Positions 38,364 through 46,318 are shown, numbered from the stretch's first letter. The stretch: DNA of 64,000 nt from Deltaproteobacteria bacterium (GCA_022340465.1 JAJDNW010000033.1:44213-108212); one strand, 5' to 3'. Translations and numbers: made by a program. Notes: generated by a model from the sequence alone, not told the origin.

Positions 38364-38470
38364 CCCGACTGTCATAAGTCTGTTCCGATTGAAATTCGAA
38401 ATAGAAGTCGTCCCTGATATTTTCAAGGCGGCATATCATTAATATTCTGCATGGCTGTCGCAGGGCGTTA
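38364..38470 (-). promoter_or_regulatory. conserved promoter/leader module, copy C (between EcfT-like and S-component genes)
   Basis: 26 nt identical to copy A (TTTTCAAGGCGGCATATCATTAATAT on the plus strand). TTGAAA, 17 nt, TATTTC in transcription sense. Confidence 0.6.
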
Positions 38471-38476
38471 TCCCTG

Positions 38477-39256
38477 CTAAGATGTTTGCTTCTTTGAGCC
38501 CTTTTTGCCTTCGCGGCTATTTCCAGCCCGATCGATTCTCTCCACCTCCGCCACCATGGCTGGTATCGGCTCGAAGGTATGGATGATGCAGGCAAATATC
38601 CAGGCATGAATGCAGCTCCACCCCCATATTAGCAGCTTTCCGGGCGCATACCAGTGGAAATCCTCAGCCCCTCTGTTTCTGGGCAGGATCTTTTGGGGAT
38701 GTTCTTCGATCCAAATCTGAAACAGATTGAAAACCACCTCGCCGGTGTGCTGAAAAACCCGGAACGCCAGGGCCAGATGCAGCCCGGCGGTCCGGAATCT
38801 GCCGCTGCGAAGTGCAACCGTGTCGATCAGTTTTTTTGCGGAAAAACTGTTTATCAGCAGCACCGAATACGGCAAAAAAATAATGACGTTGACAAAAATA
38901 CCGATCAATTTGAAGCTGATGGCTTCTTTTGACTGCCCCGAGGCCAGCAGCGGAAAAATAGTGCGCATCACCGCCCCCAGCATGGCTACGGTCAAGCCCA
39001 GGACAAAGGCTGCCGCCAGGTAGGCCAGCAGTTTTTGCGGCCCCGCCTTTACCAGCACCACCAGCCAGACACAGCAGGCATAAACAACCCAGACCATGAC
39101 ATGCGCGATCTCAAAGGTAAACCAACCGGCTGCCTGAAGCTGCCGGATGAAAAGCGTGTTGGGCCACCCTGAAAACCCGGGTAGCCCGAGAAGGAGAAGC
39201 AAGACAAGCTTCAGCCACCATGGCCACGCGCCGCTATTTTCTTTTTGCCCGTTCAT
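38477..39256 (-). CDS. EcfT/CbiQ-like transmembrane component
   Basis: Hydrophobic 259-aa ORF with a VALRSGRF segment. ATG 39256 lies 1 nt after the upstream TGA (TGAtATG). Confidence 0.5.
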   Translation of the reverse strand: MNGQKENSGAWPWWLKLVLLLLLGLPGFSGWPNTLFIRQLQAAGWFTFEIAHVMVWVVYACCVWLVVLVKAGPQKLLAYLAAAFVLGLTVAMLGAVMRTIFPLLASGQSKEAISFKLIGIFVNVIIFLPYSVLLINSFSAKKLIDTVALRSGRFRTAGLHLALAFRVFQHTGEVVFNLFQIWIEEHPQKILPRNRGAEDFHWYAPGKLLIWGWSCIHAWIFACIIHTFEPIPAMVAEVERIDRAGNSREGKKGSKKQTS

Positions 39257-39257
39257 A

Positions 39258-40535
39258 TCACCGCACACCCATGACAACCGTTTCGCTCCCCGCTTGGGAA
39301 AGATGACAGCGTGAGTGCACCATTCCCTGCCACCAGCGGGCATGGTGGGAAATCAGCACCACCGCGACGTCCAAATTGGCAGCGGCACGGCAAACCACCG
39401 CCACCAACCGGCGGGCAATCGAACGCGAAAGTCCCCAGCCGGGCTCGTCCAGAATCAGCACGGCCGGCCGCGTTGCCAGACGCTCGGCGATCAGGCTGAT
39501 CTTCGCCTGGAGCAGCGTGCAACGCCTGGCCGGAGCAGCCGCACCATCGCGTCCTTCCTCCCAATGGGCCCTCAAGGCCCCATCGATTTCCGCGTAAAGA
39601 TCGCGGGCCAGCCGCCGCGCCTTTTCATCGAACCGGAAGACCCAGCCGAGGTGGCCGTCGATGGACTTGCCGAACAGCTGGTCGATGGCATCCTGAAAAA
39701 TCAGCCGGGCATCTCCGCTTTTGTTGGGAGCGGCAACCGCCAGGGCACCCTCCGCCGGTTTGATAATGCCGCATAAGAGCTTGCCGAAAACACTCTTGCC
39801 CACACCATTGTCACCGGTCATCAGCACCGGCGAAACGAGATCGAGGCGTTGCCCGCCCACATCGGGCCTGTAGGCTATGCGGGAAGCCGGGTGATAGGAA
39901 GGGAAACGGATCTCTTCGAACACAACGACCGGATCTTCGAGCACAAGTTGCACATCGATCGCCGGTACCGGTCCCTCGTCCTCAGCCGCCGGATGGTTGT
40001 TTTCATCGATAAAAGGCTCACCCTTCAGCAGGGCCACATTTACAAAACGACCCGCATGATGAAAGGCATCGGCCAGCTTGCGCCAGTAGTGGTAACGGCC
40101 TTCATTCAGCCAGTGGATAGGGCTGCAGGCCACGAGGCCGCTCACAAAGGGACGCATGGCCATGGCCTTGGCAAAATTGAGCAGCAAAATCTCCCCGCCG
40201 GACAGGGAGATGACCGGCTGGGTTGCCTTTTCAGCGGGAAGGCCAAAGCGCTCGAGAAGGTCATAGACTGCCCCCTTTTCCACGTTCGTTGCGGATAGCG
40301 ACAGCGCCGACGACAGCACATCCATGGGCCGGGGAAAAGAAAGCCCCTGTACAGGGTCGGGCAGTATGTGTACACACTCGCCCGCTTGACGTTGACGGCG
40401 ATAGGTGTTTGACCACGTCCCCAGGTCCCTGAAAAAAGCCCCTTTCCCAAAGGTCATTCTAGGTAGGTACACCCCGGTCTTTTCCGTAAAGTAGGAAACC
40501 TGGTCTTCAAATGCATTGAAACGATTAATTTCCAT
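39258..40535 (-). CDS. tandem-NBD ABC ATPase (ECF/CbiO-like) with one degenerate half
   Basis: C-terminal half: Walker A GDNGVGKS, Walker B LILDEP, ISHH. N-terminal half keeps the signature LSGGE but has FGKGAFF instead of Walker A and ACSP instead of Walker B D-E. Confidence 0.7.
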   Translation of the reverse strand: MEINRFNAFEDQVSYFTEKTGVYLPRMTFGKGAFFRDLGTWSNTYRRQRQAGECVHILPDPVQGLSFPRPMDVLSSALSLSATNVEKGAVYDLLERFGLPAEKATQPVISLSGGEILLLNFAKAMAMRPFVSGLVACSPIHWLNEGRYHYWRKLADAFHHAGRFVNVALLKGEPFIDENNHPAAEDEGPVPAIDVQLVLEDPVVVFEEIRFPSYHPASRIAYRPDVGGQRLDLVSPVLMTGDNGVGKSVFGKLLCGIIKPAEGALAVAAPNKSGDARLIFQDAIDQLFGKSIDGHLGWVFRFDEKARRLARDLYAEIDGALRAHWEEGRDGAAAPARRCTLLQAKISLIAERLATRPAVLILDEPGWGLSRSIARRLVAVVCRAAANLDVAVVLISHHARWWQGMVHSRCHLSQAGSETVVMGVR

Positions 40536-40852
40536 AACAACAATGTTTCCAGGGGAAGTGCTTTGACCAGTTTCTGCTTCTGGCGGGATCGGACAACAGA
40601 CGGGGGAATCGAAAAGAAATAACCAGCTTCCACCGCCGGCTTGGCAGCAGACGCCTTGGCGTCGAAGGCGTGCAGCTGGACCCTTGTGACCCCCTCGGCC
40701 ATAAGCAGTTCCACCACTTTCCTGCCGGCCGAACGGGAATGGACGTTCAGGGGCAAATCTACTTCCTTTGACAGGCGGATGAACGTCGTGAATATGGATT
40801 GCTGCGTCTCTTTTTCGCCGTCCGTTGCGTAAATCCGCGGGTCGATGGCCAG
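40454..40852 (-). pseudogene. TatD-family hydrolase remnant (middle third only)
   Basis: LAIDPRIYATDGEKETQQSIFTTFIRLSKEVDLPLNVHSRSAGRKVVELL..GYFFSIPPSV..ALPLETLLL matches the TatD core. The N-terminal ~95 aa and the C-terminus after LLLETD are absent. No ATG. Confidence 0.5.
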
Positions 40853-41170
40853 CTACTCTCTTCCCTGTTTGCGTTCCGGAACCTCGATTTTCCTTTTCTC
40901 GGGATCCTTCTGCATGCGGTAAAGAATGGCCACGTGTCCGACCATGCCGACGAGCTCGGAACCGGACTCCCTCTCCAGCACCTTGACAATCGCTTCCTTA
41001 CGGTCTTTCTCCTTGAACTCGATGAATTTCACCTTGATCAGTTCGTGCCGGTCCAAGGCTTTATCCAGCGCCTTGACGACCGATGGAACAACGCCCTTTT
41101 GACCCACGAAGACGGTAGGCTTCAGGCCGTGGGCCAGTCCCCTGAGGTGTTTTTTCTGATAACTTTTCAT
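40853..41170 (-). CDS. yhbY: YhbY/CRS1-type ribosome-assembly RNA-binding protein
   Basis: MKSYQKKHLRGLAHGLKPTVFVGQKGV..ELIKVKF, 105 aa. Confidence 0.8.
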   Translation of the reverse strand: MKSYQKKHLRGLAHGLKPTVFVGQKGVVPSVVKALDKALDRHELIKVKFIEFKEKDRKEAIVKVLERESGSELVGMVGHVAILYRMQKDPEKRKIEVPERKQGRE

Positions 41171-41300
41171 GGTATCCGTATATAGGTCCTTATGAAATAC
41201 GTCAACCAATCATCACGGTTGCATTAAAAAGGCGCTGGGTTGGGAGGAACCGGGAAAAAATGATACCGCATTTATATCATTTTCCGGTGAAGCGGCCAGG

Positions 41301-41561
41301 TTGATGATCCCGGGATTCATGAGGGTCGCCTTTACCTATGCTGAAAAGGACAAACTGGCCTGGACGTTTGAACCCGGAAAATGCTTTGCTTATAAAGGTT
41401 TCAAGAGGATGGGGGCCATCGAAAAATATGAGTGTGGTGTTCTTTACCGAATCGAGTGCTGGCTCGATAACTGGGAATACAGATCGCTTCACGCCAGCGA
41501 TCGACATATGCAATTTGCAAAGCACCGGGGAATGTTCGGGCGAAATACAGTTGTTTTTTAA
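41301..41561 (+). CDS. hypothetical small protein (weak call)
   Basis: 86-aa ORF with reasonable codon pattern and W/Y/C-rich sequence. No clear SD. Competes with an antisense ORF at 41277-41525. Confidence 0.3.
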   Translation: MMIPGFMRVAFTYAEKDKLAWTFEPGKCFAYKGFKRMGAIEKYECGVLYRIECWLDNWEYRSLHASDRHMQFAKHRGMFGRNTVVF

Positions 41562-41567
41562 AAACAG

Positions 41568-41972
41568 TTAAAAATATCGGTGCCAAACGGCATAGTCGTC
41601 CACCAGCTGGTAGCATTCATTTTTAAATTCGAGGCATTCAAGCTTGGAAAGCGATATATGAAAACGCTTTCCATCGCCCATTCTTTCCACAAAAGCCACG
41701 ATATCATCCCCGTCGGAATCCGGCTCGCACAGCTCAATCAACTCAAAGTGATCTAGAAAAGAGGGTTTGAGCTCCTTCATCTCCAGATACGCCGGGTCGT
41801 CCCACCCCCACGAGATGTAGGACACCTCCCATTCAAACTCCTCGATACCGGTCAGCGTTATGGGCCCCTTGATCTGTTTCTTCAAGTACGTCAGGTAGCG
41901 CATCGCGTTCCGTTTACTGCGCTTGCAATCGTTGCCCAAAATACCCTTGATTCTTTCGGTCTGCATGTCCAT
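41568..41972 (-). CDS. acidic hypothetical protein (C-terminal DDYAVW motif, reminiscent of CcbP-type Ca-binding proteins)
   Basis: 134 aa. CEPDSDGDDIVAFVERMGDGKRFHISLSKLE..LVDDYAVW. ATG lies 1 nt after the upstream TGA (TGAtATG). Confidence 0.45.
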   Translation of the reverse strand: MDMQTERIKGILGNDCKRSKRNAMRYLTYLKKQIKGPITLTGIEEFEWEVSYISWGWDDPAYLEMKELKPSFLDHFELIELCEPDSDGDDIVAFVERMGDGKRFHISLSKLECLEFKNECYQLVDDYAVWHRYF

Positions 41973-41973
41973 A

Positions 41974-42435
41974 TCAATCTTGCCCTTCAAGGGGGGCACT
42001 CAGCGCCTTGACCCGTTTGGAGATGTCCATCACCGTCATCCGCCGGTTGTCGATCCACCACTTGGCCGTTGTTTTTTTCTGCCATTCGGCCATGAAGGCT
42101 TCAAACGCCCTGTCCGACATCGCCCTGGCTTCCTCGCTGTCAAAGGCCAGGCTCTTCTGCAGGTAGTCGACCTTGTTGATCAGCTCGGCCCTGATTTTCT
42201 CGGCCCAGGAGATCATCTTCTCGGTCCCGGTCAGCGGGGGAAAACCCTTTTCCCGGTTCGTTCTGGAGAGCGTTTCCGTCTGTTTGCTGAAGTACGCCTT
42301 TTTGCACTTGTCGCAGTACCAGTCCCTTTTGTCCACCAGAAAGAGGTTTTTCTCGTGGCTTTCGAAAAGCTCTACCGTGAATTTTTTGTGGCAGGTGCGG
42401 CACCGAACGTCATAGGTAAATTGATCGATTGTCAT
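41974..42435 (-). CDS. zinc-ribbon hypothetical protein
   Basis: CRTCHKKF..(x26)..CDKCKK pair of CxxC, followed by a helical C-terminal half. SD GGAG 9 nt upstream. Confidence 0.55.
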   Translation of the reverse strand: MTIDQFTYDVRCRTCHKKFTVELFESHEKNLFLVDKRDWYCDKCKKAYFSKQTETLSRTNREKGFPPLTGTEKMISWAEKIRAELINKVDYLQKSLAFDSEEARAMSDRAFEAFMAEWQKKTTAKWWIDNRRMTVMDISKRVKALSAPLEGQD

Positions 42436-42553
42436 AATGATTCGCTCCTATAGCCAATATCAAGGAAAGCCCCTGCCGGGGAATGATGCCGCCCCGGCAA
42501 TCAAGCAATCTTATTTTAGCCCCCTTATTTTGGATTATAGGTCCGTAATTTTT
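42423..42553. repeat. palindromic intergenic element, copy 2 (inside a minus-strand operon)
   Basis: CGCTCCTATAGCCAATATCAAGG (42443-42465), core AAAGCCCCTGCCGGGG with inner hairpin GCCGGGG/CCCCGGC, and right arm CCTTATTTTGGATTATAGGTCCGT (42523-42546). Co-linear with 23764-23884. Confidence 0.6.
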
Positions 42554-43733
42554 TTCTCATGAATACGCTCAAGGGGTCCTCTTTGTAGGCACCAAAGGGG
42601 CTGGTTCGTGCATAACCCAGCTTCTCATACAGGGCGATAGCCGCGTGCTGGTGGATGCCGGTTTCAAGCCTGGCTTCGGCAATCCCCTCCCTCAGAGCAG
42701 CTTTTTCCAGAACATGCATCAACCGCCGGCCCAGGTGTCGGCCCCGGTACGCTTCGGGAACATACAGTCGTTTGATCTCCACGTAACCGCGGCCTGTCCT
42801 TTTAAACGATGCAATCGCCAAGGGCCGCTTGCGGTCAAAAGCGGCGATAAAATGGTAGTCCGGCCCGGCCAGATTGGCAACGTCCACGAGGTGGTTGCTC
42901 TCGGGCGGGTACAACGATGCCTGATAGGCATCCAACGCCTTGATCATGCGCACAATTTCAGGTGCCCGGGGATCAACCGGCTCAACGGTGATGCGGTCGT
43001 CTTGAAACAGTCGTGTCATAACATCCGGAACCTTTTTGGTCTCGACGGATTCCGCTTGCTTGCCCGGCTCCATGCGGAGCGTCAGGGAACGCGCGTGCAG
43101 GGCCAGCCGGTCAAATCTCAGGTTCTCTTGCAGATAGCGTGTCGCCCGGGTCGAACCGTAGCGTGCATCACCGACGACCGGGTGGCCGGCAAGTTTCGCA
43201 TGCCTTCTAATCTGATGGGTGCGACCGGAAAGAATCTCCACTTCCAGCATGGTGTAGTGCTCGCTGCGGTCGATAACCCGGTAGCGCGTTTCACAGGGAA
43301 GACGTTTTCCAGGGCCGGCAGGGTTGCTGCGCCCGCCTGCCCTCTTACTCAACGGCCACCGCCAGGTTTTCCATGCACTTTCCGTACCGGGTCCTTCCAG
43401 GTTCCCGTGCAGCACGGCTGCGTACACCTTGCTTGCCTCCCGGTTTTCGAACTGTTCGGCATAAAATCGGAACCTGTCCCGCGTTACCGACAACAAAACG
43501 ACACCGCTGGTTTCCCTGTCCAGGCGATGAACGGGGTGAACGCCGAAATCAGGCTCATATGCGGTTCTCCGCCGAAGCCGGCTGTCGTGGACGACCAGCG
43601 CCTTTACCAGGGAGCAAAGATCTTTCCCAGAATCATTGTGCACGGACAAACCGGCGGGCTTATCCACAAAAATCCTTCCGGGGCCGCTTCCCAGCACGGG
43701 AATTTCGATACGGCCTTCCATTACGGTGAACAT
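42525..43733 (-). CDS. RluA-family pseudouridine synthase fused to a GNAT acetyltransferase
   Basis: Single 402-aa ORF. HRLDRETSGVVLL and GRTHQIRRH (RluA), then YVEIKRLYVPEAYRGRHLGRRLM..LETGIHQHAAIALYEKLGY (GNAT). Confidence 0.8.
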   Translation of the reverse strand: MFTVMEGRIEIPVLGSGPGRIFVDKPAGLSVHNDSGKDLCSLVKALVVHDSRLRRRTAYEPDFGVHPVHRLDRETSGVVLLSVTRDRFRFYAEQFENREASKVYAAVLHGNLEGPGTESAWKTWRWPLSKRAGGRSNPAGPGKRLPCETRYRVIDRSEHYTMLEVEILSGRTHQIRRHAKLAGHPVVGDARYGSTRATRYLQENLRFDRLALHARSLTLRMEPGKQAESVETKKVPDVMTRLFQDDRITVEPVDPRAPEIVRMIKALDAYQASLYPPESNHLVDVANLAGPDYHFIAAFDRKRPLAIASFKRTGRGYVEIKRLYVPEAYRGRHLGRRLMHVLEKAALREGIAEARLETGIHQHAAIALYEKLGYARTSPFGAYKEDPLSVFMRKKLRTYNPK

Positions 43734-43743
43734 GGACCGGTTT

Positions 43744-44589
43744 TTATTTGTTCAGCCATCTATCGACCGCCTCCGCGACCCCGCCGTCGTTGTTGGAGGC
43801 CACGGTTTGATAGCGACCCTTCAGCGCCCCGGGTGCATTGTTTACCACAAAGCTGTTGGCCGCCCACGCCAACAAATCGCCGTCATTGAAATCATTTCCG
43901 ACGGCCATGGTGTTTTCCGGCGCTACATTCAGTTCCCCGGCCAGCCAAGCTGCGGTTTTACTTTTGGAAACATCCGCATGAAACACTTCTATCCACGTGG
44001 AAAGATGGTCCAGGGGCGATGTTGTTTGGACAACACTCAAGGCCGGCAACGCCTTTCTGACGCTCGTTAGGGCTTGCCCCGATTTGTGTTCAGGCACAAC
44101 GGCAAGAAATTGGGCTGCCTCCCCAAACCCGTTTTCGTTGCTGCTATTCAACGGCTCTCCGAACGCTCGGTACAGCTCGATGCGGCTTTCGAAATCACGG
44201 TTGTTCAGGCTGAAGCGCCTATACCCAAACCGGTGATTGTCCGGAACGGGGTGGTGCAGCATGAAATCAAAATCGGTTTTCCGGAAAAATGCCAGCACAC
44301 GGGCCACCACGTCCGGCGGAAGGTTGATTTTGTACACCAGATCTCCAGCGGGTTGGGTAATGACGCCGGCGCCGGTGGTAAAAATAACATAATCCACCGG
44401 CAGATCCGCACCGGGTGAACAATTAAAGGAAAACAGGGAACGCCCGGTGGCGACGGCGGTTTTAATGCCGCTACGGGTCATTGCTTCAAGGGCTTTCAGG
44501 TCCCGCAGGGCAATCGTCCCGTCCGTGCGCAGCAGGGTTCCGTCGAAATCGGTGATGAACAACCCTTTGCCGGTGCCGTCCTCACGCAT
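43744..44589 (-). CDS. HAD-IIB (Cof-type) hydrolase
   Basis: Motif I FITDFDGTLL, motif IV VGNDFNDGDL. ATG 44589 overlaps the upstream stop by 8 nt. Confidence 0.75.
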   Translation of the reverse strand: MREDGTGKGLFITDFDGTLLRTDGTIALRDLKALEAMTRSGIKTAVATGRSLFSFNCSPGADLPVDYVIFTTGAGVITQPAGDLVYKINLPPDVVARVLAFFRKTDFDFMLHHPVPDNHRFGYRRFSLNNRDFESRIELYRAFGEPLNSSNENGFGEAAQFLAVVPEHKSGQALTSVRKALPALSVVQTTSPLDHLSTWIEVFHADVSKSKTAAWLAGELNVAPENTMAVGNDFNDGDLLAWAANSFVVNNAPGALKGRYQTVASNNDGGVAEAVDRWLNK

Positions 44590-45211
44590 AACCCTTGCCT
44601 CTTTTTTCACCATTAGTGGCTTGGTCTCCGTCTTTTTCGATTGGATCTCCAGGCTCATACGAATCAAATATCGGCGGCAACCCGTCGAAGGACGTCATTT
44701 TTTCGATAAGCCGGTCGACGTCCACGAAAGCGGGCAAATGGTTCCGGCATGCGTTCAGTTTGGCCACCACCTTGGGGAGTGTTCTTGCGGCTCCCCTTTC
44801 GCGGCCGCTTTCCAAAAGCACGAACAATCCAGCCGACCGGATGAGTGCCTGGAGCATTGTTTTCTGCATTCCCACGGCAGTTTTCCAGGCGGGCTCCAGC
44901 CATTCGTGAAACTCGAAAAACAAGGCCCGGTTCCATACCAGTCGTGCAATCTCCAGCGTGTCATCCAGGCTAAGCCCTTTTGCGGCAACCTGCTCAAGAA
45001 CCTCGGCATAGCGTCCCGCCCGATCTTCGATGTATACCCGCACGTGGGGCGGCAGCTCTTGGGGCGCCAATTGATGGACGGCATCATTCACCGGCCGAAT
45101 ATCCCCGGCGTTGAGGGCGTCCACAAACCCCTCGGAGAGCGCATTGCGGACATCCCGGCATAGACGGTCGTTGAAAGGATCAAACAGGACGTTCTCCTCA
45201 TTATGTCGCAT
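44582..45211 (-). CDS. DUF309 domain-containing protein
   Basis: ARLVWNRALFFEFHEWLEPAWK resembles the DUF309 core (F.EaHE.lE..W). Confidence 0.55.
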   Translation of the reverse strand: MRHNEENVLFDPFNDRLCRDVRNALSEGFVDALNAGDIRPVNDAVHQLAPQELPPHVRVYIEDRAGRYAEVLEQVAAKGLSLDDTLEIARLVWNRALFFEFHEWLEPAWKTAVGMQKTMLQALIRSAGLFVLLESGRERGAARTLPKVVAKLNACRNHLPAFVDVDRLIEKMTSFDGLPPIFDSYEPGDPIEKDGDQATNGEKRGKGYA

Positions 45212-45284
45212 CTTCCCTTACCCTTCACACCACGCAGAGAACGTCAGCGTTTCGGCCAACGTTCCGCGTAAAGGCGGCCAACGA

Positions 45285-45343
45285 ATAGAATCCATTGAAA
45301 ATATTTTCATTGTGATCATTCTTAAAATTTGAAATGTTCGACG
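45285..45343. repeat. conserved intergenic block D, copy 2
   Basis: Aligns without gaps to 4022-4080. Contains the perfect 14-bp palindrome TGAAAATATTTTCA (45296-45309). Confidence 0.55.
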
Positions 45344-45469
45344 TAAACTATATATTTAGATATAAATAGTCAACAACCTCTCCAAATCATTCGGTTGATA
45401 TTATCGTGTATTGACGCGTATAAGATGCACAGCGTGCAGGTTAAACCGTCAGACGGGATCGGAACAAAC

Positions 45470-46318
45470 ATGATTGTCTCTTTTCATCCGTTATATGAAG
45501 GGGATAAAAATATACTCTGTGCCGGGCGGGATCCGGGCGAAAGGGAGCGAACCGCAATGCGCTCGGCGAGGGCCGTTATTCTGCCCCAAGGGTGCCGCAA
45601 ATCGTTGTACCGCATGGCCCGGGCCACCTGCCCTCTCGTTTTTCCCAATTATGACAAACGGTTCGAATATCCGGATAAAATCGGTCAGGCCCTTCTTTTC
45701 AGAAAATACGAAGCCATACACCCAGAAACCGAAACCTTCGGGTCTGTGGCCGACTTCAGGGAAACCTATGCAAGCTACCGGGAATTCGAAAAAAAACGGT
45801 ATCCCCTGGTATTTAAATTCGACTGGGGTGGAGAGGGGCACAATGTCTTTTTAATAAAAGATGCACGGGAACTGCAACAGATGATGTCCAGGGCGGCATC
45901 TTATGAAAAAACAGGCCAGTATGGATTTCTCCTGCAGGAATTCATACCATCACGAGGACGCTCCCTGCGAGTGGTGGTGATCGACACGCTAACGAAAACC
46001 TACTGGCGCAGGCATGGAAATCCCGACGCCTTTTACACCAATTTAAGCAAGGGGGCGGTCCTGGAAACCGACAGCGCCCCCCTGCTGCAAGAAGCGGGGA
46101 AAAAAGCGGTCATCGCTTTTTCACAGAGGACGGGCATCGATCTGGCCGGATTCGACCTGCTTTTTTCAGAAAAATCGCTTGCAAGGGGCTTGATTGAACC
46201 CCTGTTTCTGGAAATAAACTATTTCTTCGGGCGCAAAGGCCTGGGCGGCTCTGACGCTTACTACAAACTCCTGCAACGAGAAATTGACCGCTGGATAGAT
46301 GTTCATGTCCGCCGATAA
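45470..46318 (+). CDS. ATP-grasp domain protein (RimK/glutathione-synthetase-like)
   Basis: YPLVFKFDWGGEGHNVFLI, FLLQEFIP, GFDLLF..PLFLEINYFFG. ATG 45470 preferred over TTG 45395. Confidence 0.7.
   Translation: MIVSFHPLYEGDKNILCAGRDPGERERTAMRSARAVILPQGCRKSLYRMARATCPLVFPNYDKRFEYPDKIGQALLFRKYEAIHPETETFGSVADFRETYASYREFEKKRYPLVFKFDWGGEGHNVFLIKDARELQQMMSRAASYEKTGQYGFLLQEFIPSRGRSLRVVVIDTLTKTYWRRHGNPDAFYTNLSKGAVLETDSAPLLQEAGKKAVIAFSQRTGIDLAGFDLLFSEKSLARGLIEPLFLEINYFFGRKGLGGSDAYYKLLQREIDRWIDVHVRR

Noticed and set aside
40850-40856. TAG between yhbY and the TatD fragment as a pyrrolysine or read-through codon
   Set aside because: The TatD part lacks both its N-terminal metal ligands and its C-terminus. 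No pyl genes or PYLIS-like evidence are visible in the window. An in-frame junction is expected by chance one time in three.
41277-41525. 82-aa minus-strand ORF between yhbY and the acidic protein gene
   Set aside because: It competes with the plus-strand ORF 41301-41561, which has the better codon pattern. Neither has a convincing SD, so only the plus-strand ORF is listed, at low confidence.
42645-43889. 414-aa plus-strand ORF opposite the RluA-GNAT gene
   Set aside because: Antisense shadow ORF. It is Arg/Pro/Gly-rich with no recognisable domain and spans two minus-strand genes and their junction.
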